Positions 40,766 to 51,810 of a stretch of DNA of 64,000 nucleotides are shown piece by piece. The position numbers and the translations under genes were made by a program. How positions within the stretch are numbered: the first letter of the stretch is position 1; each line of letters starts with the position of its first letter. Origin of the DNA: Azolla caroliniana (lineage: Eukaryota; Plantae; Polypodiophyta); assembly GCA_043228905.1 (NCBI GenBank), contig JBHGNT010000016.1:8246001-8310000 (forward strand), written 5' to 3'. The notes beneath the pieces were generated by a model, which was not told where the DNA came from, ran no database searches, and was given only the letters and a program-made list of their open reading frames with translations.

Positions 40766-41480
40766 TTATACGCAACGCTCGGCCACAACCAAGCTTAGAA
40801 TCATACACAGAAAACGGGAAATAAATGCACGACACAAAGAAGAGAAGAGTACACAAGATGTTTACGTGGAAAACCCAAACTAGGGCAAAACCACGGCAGC
40901 CCATAGGCTGCAAACTATCACTGTGTTACAATATACAACAGTAAAGCACCGAGGCAACAACCTCGAGCTTTCTATCTTCGCCACAGGCGGCGGTTACAAC
41001 AGAGGCAACGACCTCTTTCTCTCTCTCTATGTGTGTGTACACTGTTACGCACTCTGGTCTTGCGTAGAAAACAATAACAAAAAAAAAAACTAAAAGTTTG
41101 CCCTAAGTCATATTTATACTAATATGACTTTTCGGCTATTTACAAATATAGCCACGATGGACTCTCAGAAACATATTTACGAATATGTCTCTTCATCCGG
41201 TGAGCACTCCTCACCAGGTCTGCACCATCCGGCTCTCCGTAGCCGTGCACTCCTCATCCGGTTCTCACCGGGTCTACACCATCCGGCTCTCCGAAGCCGG
41301 GTACTCCTCATCCAGTTCTCACCGGGTCTGCACCATCCGGCTCTCCGTAGCCGGGTACTCCTCATTCGGTTCTCACCGGGTCTGCACCATCCGGCTCTTC
41401 GTAGCCGGGTACTCGTCATACGGTTTGTTCATCAGCACTGTTCTTCTCCCTTCCCATCCAGAGGGACCTGTCTCCCAACA
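40766..41480 (-). mobile_element. Solo copia LTR with 4x 54-bp tandem repeat (41210-41415)
   Basis: Homologous to the LTRs at 45051 and 49819 (GTTTTCCACGTAAA, CCGCCGCCTGTGGCGAAGA, GGTTGTGGCCGAGC). No matching TSD seen. Confidence 0.8.
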
Positions 41481-42022
41481 GATGTAGCCATAATGATATT
41501 TACTACAGGTGCTTTTCCGCGATCATTTGCCAGGCACTGGGTGGCGTAATGCCCCGGTTGGTTACACTTAAAGCACGTCATCGGTGCCGAGTTGCAGGAT
41601 TCCCCGTGCTCGAATTGAGATGTCTGATGTTGTCGGGGGTGTTCTTTGCGGGCTGGCGAGATGTAGTGCTGTGCGCGGGGATCGTTTTCCCGAAACTCAG
41701 AGTGCGCGGGGTTCGTTGATTATCGGGGTGCGGTGTCGATTGTCCGAGGGTCGTCGATTATTCCCTGAGTGCCAGGGACCACGATTATGATAGGGAGGCC
41801 GTTGATCGTGTTGTTAATATCTTGGTTCATAGTAATCATCCTGGTGGTAATCATGTTGGTAATAGTCTTCGTCGGGATGATAACGTTCGTCGTGAGATTG
41901 GTACCGGTCTTCCTCGGGTTGAGGTCGATTATTTGGCTGATAACACGGCTCCTCAAGTCAGTACTGGATATCCCGGTGATAGCGATCTGGCTCGGGTGAC
42001 TAACCTTCGTCACGGTGATGCC

Positions 42023-42499
42023 TGTCACAAGCATGACAACAATTATGTCAAGATTTGAACTCTTGTTAATACCTCTTGTATTATAGTCAAGTGTTATATT
42101 GTAACCACCACATCCAAGTACATAATCATGTTATGTATATCTTCATTTATTACCTATTCACGTTCTAGGAGTTCTTAGAAAGTTCTAGAGGGTTCTAGAA
42201 TATTCTCCAAAATATTCTCAAGAATATTCTAATGCATGTACTTCAACTCACAGTATAAATGCTTGTAACCGTATTCCAGTCTGTTTCAAGGAATTTAACA
42301 CCAGTCATTGACACATCAATCTAGTATTCTTGTTTCGCTCATCTTTGTCTCCTTGATCATTATTTATGTCTTCATGCCCTCATGTTGCTCACAACATCTA
42401 GAGTTCCTAGCCTCGTCACATCTAGCTCCAAGTTCATCTGTCACTCGTAGCCCCATCACTTGTGCTCCATCCTAGTCCGCGCTTGGTGTGTCTGTGACA
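42023..42499. mobile_element. Solo LTR
   Basis: TGTCACA...TGTGACA termini and 5-bp TSD ATGCC (42018-42022, 42500-42504), inserted in the old gypsy gag. Confidence 0.9.
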
Positions 42500-42806
42500 A
42501 TGCCGATCGTCATACCACGGCCGTTCGGCATCCCTAATCCGAGGTGGAGGTCGATCATCTTGTTGAGGGCAATTGGGGCGTGGTTCAATCTATTGTACAA
42601 GTGAAGAGGTTGTACGATTAAGCACATTGCTTGACCATATGTACCTGAGAATGGCAAATCGGGTAGTCTGGACGAAGGGGGCAATCCACGGCCGAGTGGC
42701 CGGACTGCGAGCACATTGCGCATTGAAGAGCCTGCCTAAACTAGGTTTCTTCTTTCATCGGCAAGGTATTTTTGAGAGAGCCCATCGAGAAAGAATTGAA
42801 GAGAAT

Positions 42807-44143
42807 GGCATGGAATATTGCTTGGCCACAACCAAGTCATGAATCACAGAAATGGGAATGAAACACAGAAATGGGAAGTAAAGAGTACGCAATATGTTTT
42901 ATGTGGAAAACCCTAATAGGGAAAAACCACGGGAGCCCACAGACTCCAAACTATCACTATATGAGAAAGGTACACACAGAGGCTCGGAGGTAATGACCTC
43001 GAGATCTGTATCTTCGCCAGCCGGCGGTTACAACAGAGTATCGCTCTGTATCTCTCTCTCTTTTTGTCTATATACAACAGTTATGCACATACAACAATAT
43101 GACAACCACTACAAAGTGCTTGCCCTAAGTCATATTTATACTTATATGGACTTAGGGCTATTTACAAATATGGCCTCAATAGACTTACTCAAAACATATC
43201 TACAAATATGTCTTCTCTTCCAGTTCTCACCGGGTCTATCCGATCCGGTCTCCGGGTCTCTTCCAGTTCTCATCGGGTTCTCTTCATTCATCACCGGGCC
43301 CTATCCGAAAGGACCGATTTCCCAATAATCTCCCCCTTTACTCCGGCATGGGATGTCTCGCAAGTTCGATCCGGTTTTGGCACGCGCCCAACTTGTCGGT
43401 TGTCAACACATTGGTCAACATATTCGACCTGTTCTCCTCCGTGTGGATCTTCGTCAGCACAAACCCTTGATCTTCTACTCCCTCCCAGATCCAGTGGTAC
43501 CTCCGTTGGATATGTTTCGTCCGGGAATGGTAGGTCGCGTTCTTTGCAAGGTGGATGGCACTTTGACTGTCGCAGTAGAGCCGGTATTCCTCCTGTTTGA
43601 TCCCTAGCTCTCCCATGAAGTCCTTCATCCAGATTATCTCCTTGCCGGCTTCCACAGCTGCCATGTACTCTACCTCTGTGGTTGAAAACGCAACCGTCTT
43701 CTGCATCCTGGACTGCCATGATACAACTCCCCCTCCATAAGTCATGACATATCCAGATGTAGGCTGGTTTGTATCTGCATTAGCCGACATATCCGAATCC
43801 GTGAATCCGTCAAGTTGGGGATTACTGGAGACGAACCAGAGGCACATACTCGAGGTGCCTTTCAAATACCGGAGTATCCACTTGATCGCGTTCCAGTGCT
43901 CTCTTCTAGGAGTGCTCATGAACCGGCTCACCACTCCAACTGCATATTCGATATCCGTCTGGGTACATACCATCGCGTACGTCAAGCTTCTGACGGTAGA
44001 GGCATATGGAATCTTCATCATATCCTTCTACTCCTCCTTTGTCCTTGGGCTTTGTTTTCCGGATAGCTTGCAGTTTGCCGGAAGTGTCGATCCGACTGGT
44101 TTCGCCTCCGACATGTTGAACCGTTGAAGCACCTTTGTCACGT
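42807..44143 (-). mobile_element. Copia (Tnt1/Tork-like) 3' fragment: RT end, RNase H, PPT and 3' LTR (~42807-43327)
   Basis: ORF 43338-44021 (SWQSRMQKTVAFSTTEVEY, HSRTKHIQRRYHWI), PPT AAAGGGGGAGA. Close relative of the element at 45051-50469. Confidence 0.88.
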
Positions 44144-44615
44144 TGTTGACCGGCAAAGACTTAAAAGCCAGATAAAGTCCAGAATGGGAAAGGGATAATT
44201 ATTTTAGAACTATCTATAATTTTTATATTTTGAGAAGCGAACGGACGGACTTGAAATCGGTATGCCAATCTGGATCCGGACCGGTTCGTGGCCGGTTGCC
44301 GGTTGGCATCAATTCGTACCCAGAGCCGGTGATCTATAAAAGGACCCGGTTAGATTGTAATTAGATAGCGGTTTATTAATGAAAGTGTTGTTGTTCTACA
44401 TCCTATTTAATCTTTGAAAGCTTTAGTTAATTACCGTTCTGTGCTTAATAGAATCTATCTTACACGTGTAATACGATCATTAACCACGCCGATTAGTAGC
44501 CGATTAGGAATACGTTTGTATCACGGTCTACGCCTACTCCACTTGCACCACCCTTTGGTGAAGTGTCCTAGAGGGACACCCTGTGTTAGGACTAGTCCTG
44601 CCCTAAGGAGTAACA
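44144..44615 (+). mobile_element. Solo gypsy LTR related to the gypsy-2 LTR, with non-matching flanks
   Basis: TGTTGACCGG...GTAACA. Shares TATAAAAGGA, CCACCC.TTTGG.GAAGTGTC..GACACC.GTGTT..CTAGTCC with 55024-55394. Flanks are CACGT and GAGCC. Confidence 0.8.
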
Positions 44616-44940
44616 GAGCCATAACTGCTCGAGATGCTTGACTTGCCACCCGTAAAGCACAAAATCATCGAGGAATACTTGCATAAATGCCGGAATATAT
44701 TTGCCGAAATTTTCGGCGATGATCCATTGGAATGTCGCTGGCACCATCTTCAACCCGAACATCATTATGACCGCCACGAAATCACCCCACTTTGTTACGA
44801 ATGTTGTCTTTTCCTTGTCGTCGAGGTGCATGTAGATTTGATTGTATCCGCTTAACCCATCCAGGAAGCTATATCTTTCGTGACCTACCACAACATCTAA
44901 CACGCCATTTGTGAAAGGAAGGGGCAATGCTTCGATAATG
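44616..44940 (-). mobile_element. Degenerate gypsy RT fragment
   Basis: SFLDGLSGYNQ, MMFGLK, VFLDDF. Confidence 0.85.
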
Positions 44941-45050
44941 GGTGAAAGCATGCGAATGGAAACAATTAGATATGTCCTTGACATAGTTAATTAGCTATGC
45001 AAAAAGCTACCAGTGATAAATAACCATTTTTGCATCATGAATGAAAACAT

Positions 45051-45405
45051 TGTTGGGATTTCGGTCCCTCCGGATGGGATGTCCGGAGAGGAATGACGGC
45101 AAGCCCGGTTGCGGTTACGGAACCGGCGGATGAGGAAGACCCCGGCTACGGAGCCGGATGATGAAGACCCCGGCTACGGAGCCGGATGATGAAGACCCCG
45201 GCTACGGAGCCGGATGATGAATGTACCCGGAGAGAGATCCGGATGCGGGGACATATCTGTGAATATGTTTGCCAAGGGCCCTTGAGGCTATATTTGTAAA
45301 TAGCCCGAAAGTCATATGTGTATAAATATGACTTAGGGCAAACAGTTTGTAGTTGTTGTTACTCACTTTTTCTGGTTTTCCACTTAGAGGGAGCTAAGTG
45401 AGCAG

Positions 45406-45440
<35 letters not shown>

Positions 45441-48400
45441 GAAGAGGTCGTTGCCTCTGTGTATTACCGCCGCCTGTGGCGAAGACAGTGAGCTCAAGGT
45501 TGTTGCCTTGTAGCTTCACCATTGTACATCTCTGTTTATAGTGATAGTTGGAGTTTGAGGACTCCCGTGGTTTTTCCCATTTAGGGTTTTCCACGTAAAA
45601 CATCCTGTGTACTCTTCTCTCTATTGTCTTCGTGCATTTTGTATTTCCTGTTTTCTGAGAGTTGATCCTATTCCTCGGTTGTGGCCGAGCACTGTCCTCA
45701 TCAAAGTGGTATCAGAGCGACGGCAGTGCAGAAAATGGAAGGCGGCAGCAACGGGCAGCCGGGGATGATGGTGCTGAATGCGCAGAACTACGCCGACTGG
45801 AAGATAAAGATGGAGGATCTGCTCATTGTTCGGGACCTGTATGAACCGATTGACAGGTCGGAAATACCCAAGGGGGTACTTGAGACGGAATGGAGGCTTC
45901 TGAACCGGAAAGCCGTTGCAACCATTCGGCAATACGTCGACGTGAGCGTTCTACAACATGTGGCGAACGACACCAACGCATACGAGATGTGGCGGAAGCT
46001 GTCGGGCCTCTACGAGAGGAAGAATGCGTTGAACCGGACCTCCCTGATGAGGAAGATAGTGAACCTCAAGTACCGGGACGGCGAGAGTATGGTGGAACAC
46101 GTAAGCACGTTCATGGGATTCGTGAACCAGCTTGCGGCGATCAAGTTCCCGTTGGAGGATGCAATGCAAGCCATCATCCTGATGTGTACATTGCCGGAAA
46201 GCTGGGAGAACTTGGTGGTGACTCTCAGCACCTCCTGCACCGAAGATAACTTGTCCCTACAAACGGTAAAGACAAGTATTTTGAACGAAGAAGCGCGTCG
46301 GAGAGATAAAGAACCGGCCTCCGACTCGAAGGCGCTGCTTACCGAATCGGAACGGGGAAGACAACGGAACCGGAGTCCGCAAAGACGGGAGAAGTCGGGG
46401 ACCCGGTCGTAGTCAAGAGGAAGGCCCACATGCTTCCACTGTGGGAAACCGGGGCACTTCCGGAAGAACTGTCGGCATTACCAAAAAGACAACGGAGCCG
46501 ACGACACCGATTCGAAGAAGTCACCGGAGCGAAACGGTGCATACCGGGGAGCCATGGACCGGAGAGGTCCGGACCGGCGAGGGCAGGACCGGAAAGGAAC
46601 GACGGCACTCGCAGCAAGTGAAGAAGAGATAATGCTCATTACCGAAGAGAGGGAGCTGAACCTTGCCGGTGAAGAGATGACCTGGGTGGTCGATTCCGGA
46701 GCGTCGTTCCACCTGACCCCGGAGAAGAAATACTTCTCATCCTACACAACCGGTGAGCACGGCTGTGTCCGGATGGGAAATGAAGGTACGTGCCGGATTG
46801 CCGGCATAGGAGACGTGTGGCTGATGACATCAACCGGATGCAAGATGCTGCTGAAGGATGTCCGACACGTTCCGGAGGTTCGATTGAACCTGATTTCGGC
46901 CGGGAGGCTAGACGATGAAGGCTACACGGGTAGCATCCGGAACGGTGTCATGAAATTCAGCAAAGGGAGCCTGATAGTGGCTCGGGCCCGGAAGATCAAC
47001 ACACTGTACCTTATGAATGCCCGGTTGTGTTCGGAAGAGTTGAACGTGGCAGTTGACACTGCCGGTGAGCTGTGGCACAAGAGACTGTGCCACATGAGTG
47101 AGAAGGGGATGAAGAGGCTTGCAGAAGACAACCTTATTCCAATAAAGCATGTGCACCTAGAGAAGTGCACCGATTGCCTGGCCGGTAAACAGAACCGAAC
47201 CTCCTTCCACTCAAGGCCACCGACGAGACGTAGCGCACCATTGGTGTTGGTGCACACTGATGTGTGTCAGGTAGAAACGAAGTCACATGGCGGAGCCCAG
47301 TACTTCGTGATATTCATTGATGACCATAGTCGGAAGCTGTGGACGGCACCGTTGAAGACAAAGGACCAAGTGTTGTGCGTCTTCAGAGAACTCCACGCGA
47401 GAGTGGAAAGAGAATCCGGCAGGAAGCTGAAAGCGATACGAGCGGATAACGGAGGAGAATACCGAGGGCAATTCGAGGAGTATTGCCGTTCGATGGGAAT
47501 CCGGCTCGAGTTTACTATGCCGAAGACGCCGGAACTGAACGGGCTGGCCGAGAGGATGAACCGGACCATAATGGAGAGGGTCCGGAGTATGCTGGCGCAT
47601 GCGAAATTACCCAAGGGGTTTTGGGCTGAGGCAATGTCGACGGCGACATACGTGATAAACAGATCACCCTTAGTACCTTTGGACGGAGACACGCCGCAGA
47701 GAGTGTGGACCGGTAGGGAAGTATCCTACCGGCATCTAAAGGTGTTCGGGTGTCTTGCATATGTGCATGTGGCAAAGGACCGGAGAGGAAAGCTAGATCC
47801 AAAGACCCGGCCATGCATATTCCTCGGTTACGGCGATGATGAGTTTGGCTACCGAGTATGGGACCCGGTCGACAAAAAGATATTCCGGAGTCGTGATATC
47901 ATCTTCATGGAGGACAAGACACTCGCCGACTGGGAGTCGGAGAAGAAGATGAAGCGCTCCAAGTCGACCGGTGAGGATCAACTCTACGAGGAGCAGTCCC
48001 GACCGGCAAGGGACCGGTTAGCACTCAAGGATCCGGCCGAAGACGGTGAAGAAACAGAACCGGCCGAGGAAGATGAAACTGATACCGGAACCGGCCCCGA
48101 TCCCGAAATGGATTCGGATGAAGAAGAAACGGAGGAGCCGGTTACCGAAGCTCCGGAACGGAGATATCCTCTAAGAGAGAGAAGGGCCCCCCGGAGATTT
48201 CCGGAACCAGAGCACGTGTTGCTAACCGACGAGGGGGAGCCGGAGAGTTTTGAAGAAGCAAGGCTTGACACCCATAGCCGCAGGTGGTTAAGTGCCATGC
48301 AGGAGGAGATGGATTCCCTGCATGAGAACCACACATATGAACTTGTGGAGTTGCCGAAAGGAAAGCGGGCACTTCAAAACAAGTGGGTGTTCAAGCTGAA

Positions 48401-50173
48401 ACCGGGAGATGCCGGAAACCCCCCGAGATACAAAGCCAGGATCGTGTTGAAGGGGTTTCAGCAGAAGAAGGGCGTCGACTTCGACGAGATATTTGCCCCG
48501 GTAGTGAAGATGACCTCCATCCGGACGGTGCTGAGCATAGCGGCAAGCATGGACCTCGAGGTAGAACAGATGGACGTGAAGACGGCATTCCTTCACGGTG
48601 ACCTCGAAGAAGAGATCTACATGCAGCAACCGGAAGGATTCGAGAAGAAAGGGAAGGAGCACCTGGTATGCCGGTTGAAGAAGAGCCTTTACGGTCTGAA
48701 GCAGGCTCCCCGGCAATGGTACCGGAAGTTCGACTCCTTCATGACAGACGAAGGGTACCACAAAACGCAGTCCGATCACTGCGTGTTTGTGAAGAAGTTC
48801 GAAGGAGGAGACTTTCTAATACTCCTCCTGTACGTGGACGACATGTTGATCGTCGGACGGGACCAGGTCAAGATACGGATGCTGAAGAAGGCTCTTCACC
48901 GAACCTTCTCAATGAAGGACTTGGGTCCGGCGAGGCAAATATTAGGGATGCACATCATCCGAGACCGGAAGAAGAAGCAGTTGTGGCTGTCACAGGAGAA
49001 GTACGTGACAAAGGTGCTTCACCGGTTCAACATGTCGGAAGCAAGACCGGTCGGGTCAACCCTCCCGGCAAACTGCAAGTTGTCCAGCAAGCAAAGCCCC
49101 AAGACAAAGGCTGAGAAGGAGGACATGATGAAAGTACCATATGCCTCTGCCGTCGGAAGCTTGATGTACGCAATGGTGTGTACAAGACCGGACATAGGAT
49201 ATGCAGTCGGAGTGGTGAGCCGGTACATGAGCAATCCCGGCAAAGAGCACTGGAACGCGGCCAAGTGGATACTCCGATACCTGAAGGGCACGACAAACGT
49301 GTGCCTCCGATTCGGCTCCGGTAAGCCCGAACTCGACGGCTTTACCGATTCGGATATGTCGGCTGATGTAGATACCAGCCGGTCCACATCAGGGTATGTG
49401 ATGACGTATGCAGGGGGAGCTGTTTCGTGGCAGTCGAGGCTGCAGAAGACGGTTGCGTTGTCAACCACGGAGGCGGAGTACATGGCGGCTGTTGAAGCCG
49501 GCAAGGAAATAATATGGATGAAGGACTTCATTAGAGAGCTCGGTATCCGGCAGGAGGAGTACCGACTCTACTGCGATAGTCAGAGTGCCATCCACCTTGC
49601 GAAGAACGCTGCCTATCATTCCCGGACGAAGCACATCCAGCGAAGATATCACTGGATCCGGGAAAGGATAGAAGACCAGGAGTTCGTGCTGACGAAGATC
49701 CACACGGACGAGAACGGGTCGGATATGCTGACCAAGGTGCTCACACCCGACAAGCTGGAAGCATGCCGGAAGAGGATCGGATTGGAGAGACATCCCATGC
49801 CGAAGTGAAGGGGGAGTTTGTTGGGATTTCGGTCCCTCCGGATGGGATGTCCGGAGAGGAATGACGGCAAGCCCGGTTGCGGTTACGGAACCGGCGGATG
49901 AGGAAGACCCCGGCTACGGAGCCGGATGAGGAAGACCCCGGCTACGGAGCCGGATGATGAAGACCCCGGCTACGGAGCCGGATGATGAATGTACCCGGAG
50001 AGAGATCCGGATGCGGGGACATATCTGTGAATATGTTTGCCAAGGGCCCTTGAGGCTATATTTGTAAATAGCCCGAAAGTCATATGTGTATAAATATGAC
50101 TTAGGGCAAACAGTTTGTAGTTGTTGTTACTCACTTTTTCTGGTTTTCCACTTAGAGGGAGCTAAGTGAGTAG

Positions 50174-50206
<33 letters not shown>

Positions 50207-50469
50207 GAAGAGGTCGTTGCCTCTGTGTATTACCGCCGCCTGTGGCGAAGACAGTGAGCTTAAGGTTGTTGCCTTGTAGCTTCACCATTGTACATCTCTG
50301 TTTATAGTGATAGTTGGAGTTTGAGGACTCCCGTGGTTTTTCCCATTTAGGGTTTTCCACGTAAAACATCCTGTGTACTCTTCTCTCTATTGTCTTCGTG
50401 CATTTTGTATTTCCTGTTTTCTGAGAGTTGATCCTATTCCTCGGTTGTGGCCGAGCACTGTCCTCATCA
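45051..50469 (+). mobile_element. Nearly intact Ty1/copia (Tnt1/Tork-like) retrotransposon
   Basis: LTRs 45051-45703 and 49819-50469 (~3 substitutions plus a GA-repeat length difference). TSD AACAT. PBS TGGTATCAGAGC (tRNA-iMet) at 45707-45718. PPT GAAGGGGGAG at 49807-49816. Confidence 0.98.
45735..49808 (+). CDS. copia gag-pol polyprotein with a single in-frame TAG at 46410-46412
   Basis: ORFs 45681-46412 and 46554-49808 share a frame. CFHCGKPGHFRKNC, WVVDSGASFH, WHKRLCH, HTDV, ADNGGEY, YKARIV, YVDDM, FTDSD. Confidence 0.93.
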
Positions 50470-50629
50470 AACATTAGAATGTTTTAACTATATAAATGAG
50501 CACCATAAATGTGCAACATAAATGGATATGTGCACCATAAATTATATACCGAATTCCTAGGTCCATTATGCATGATCCATTGCCACATCTTGTTGGCCAT
50601 CACTTTGTGACCATTTAGGCTTAGATTAC

Positions 50630-51196
50630 TGCCATTGTTTTTAAACCCTATTGACTTTACTCTGACATTGCTGCCATTCTACATTCAGTTGCCACCACTG
50701 TGCGGTCCAAGCATCATCTGCCACTATTCGATCCGACAGAGTTCACTGCTCCATTGCCACCATTCTACACTCAGTTGCCGCCATTGTGCGGTCCAAGCAT
50801 CATCTGCCACTATTCGATCCGAGGAGTTCACTGCTCCATGGCTGCCATTCTACACTCAGTTGTCGCCTCTGTTCAGTCCAAGCATCATCTGCCACTGTTC
50901 TCTCCTATTGCGTTGACTCCTCCATTGCCACTATTCTATACTCAGTTGCCGCTACTATTTGGTTGTGGATTGTTGCCACTCTCTGATCCAACTGAGTTCA
51001 CTCCTCCTTGAATGCTTCCATTCTACACTTAGTTGCTACCACTGTGTGTTCAAGCATCATCTGCCACTGTTTGATCTGACAAAGTTCACTCTTCCATTGC
51101 CACCATTCTAAACTCAGTTGCCTCCACTATTCGGTCCAAGCATCATCTGCCACAATTTGCTCCTATTGAGTTCACTCTTCCATTGCTGCCATTCTA
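50630..51196. repeat. ~86-bp tandem (minisatellite) array, ~6.5 copies
   Basis: (c/t)ATTCTA anchor recurs at 50675, 50761, 50846, 50932, 51019, 51104 and 51190. Confidence 0.9.
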
Positions 51197-51810
51197 GCCA
51201 ACAACTCACAAATCACGGTAGCAACTCTGAATACGATGACTATGGTGGGTTATTCGTAATGAGACATAGAGCGAACTCTATGATAACCTCTGACTCCACA
51301 AGCACCTCTAACTCGGAAGACGTGTGGTTCGTCGACTCTGGCGCCTCACATCATATGATGTCACACCAAGAGTGGTTTCATGACCTAAGAACACCGGATT
51401 GACCCAGCTATATAGAGACGGGAGACGACACCATACATCCATTCGGCACATCGACAACAACGACTGAAACAATTGCATCAAGAATGTCTTGCACGTTCCT
51501 ACAATAACAAAGAATTTGGTGTCGGTCGGCCAAATTGTGGCACAAGGCATGCACGTTCCTTTCAACAACGAAGGATGTTTTATAGAAAAAGATGGATGAC
51601 TCATAGCTAGGTGATAGAGAGAAGGCCACATCAACCTCCAACGACTTCGAGCTATGCAATCAAAGGGAGTCGTCATCGAACTTCCGGTCTTTGAGTTGAA
51701 ATGAGTCGACTGAGTGTGTGAAGCATGTCAACTCAGCAAACAACATCGGCACCCATTTCCAAAGGAGAGATATGTAAGCAAAGGCCTCCTTGACATCATC
51801 CACCCGTATG
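51197..51810 (+). mobile_element. Degenerate copia PR/gag-pre-integrase fragment
   Basis: WFVDSGASHHM, NVLHVPTITKNLVSVGQ, CEACQLSKQHR. Interrupted by an LTR of the same family. Confidence 0.8.

Larger units (their letters stand above)
29888..42800 (-). mobile_element. Old degenerate gypsy element (gag, PR, RT start) fragmented by later insertions; pieces 29888-30897, 40283-40765, 41481-42022, 42500-42800
   Basis: FRQALQCAMC..GHSAVDC and CFKCNQPGHYATQC (gag), a VDGG protease remnant split by the GACAT TSD, and MNPNYVAKVKEEIDKLLRVGF (RT). Same lineage as the two younger gypsies. Confidence 0.8.

Noticed and set aside
41124-41549. 141-aa ORF with 18-aa repeats; CRISPR-like periodicity
   Set aside because: A 54-bp tandem repeat inside a solo LTR with no unique spacers, in a eukaryotic context.
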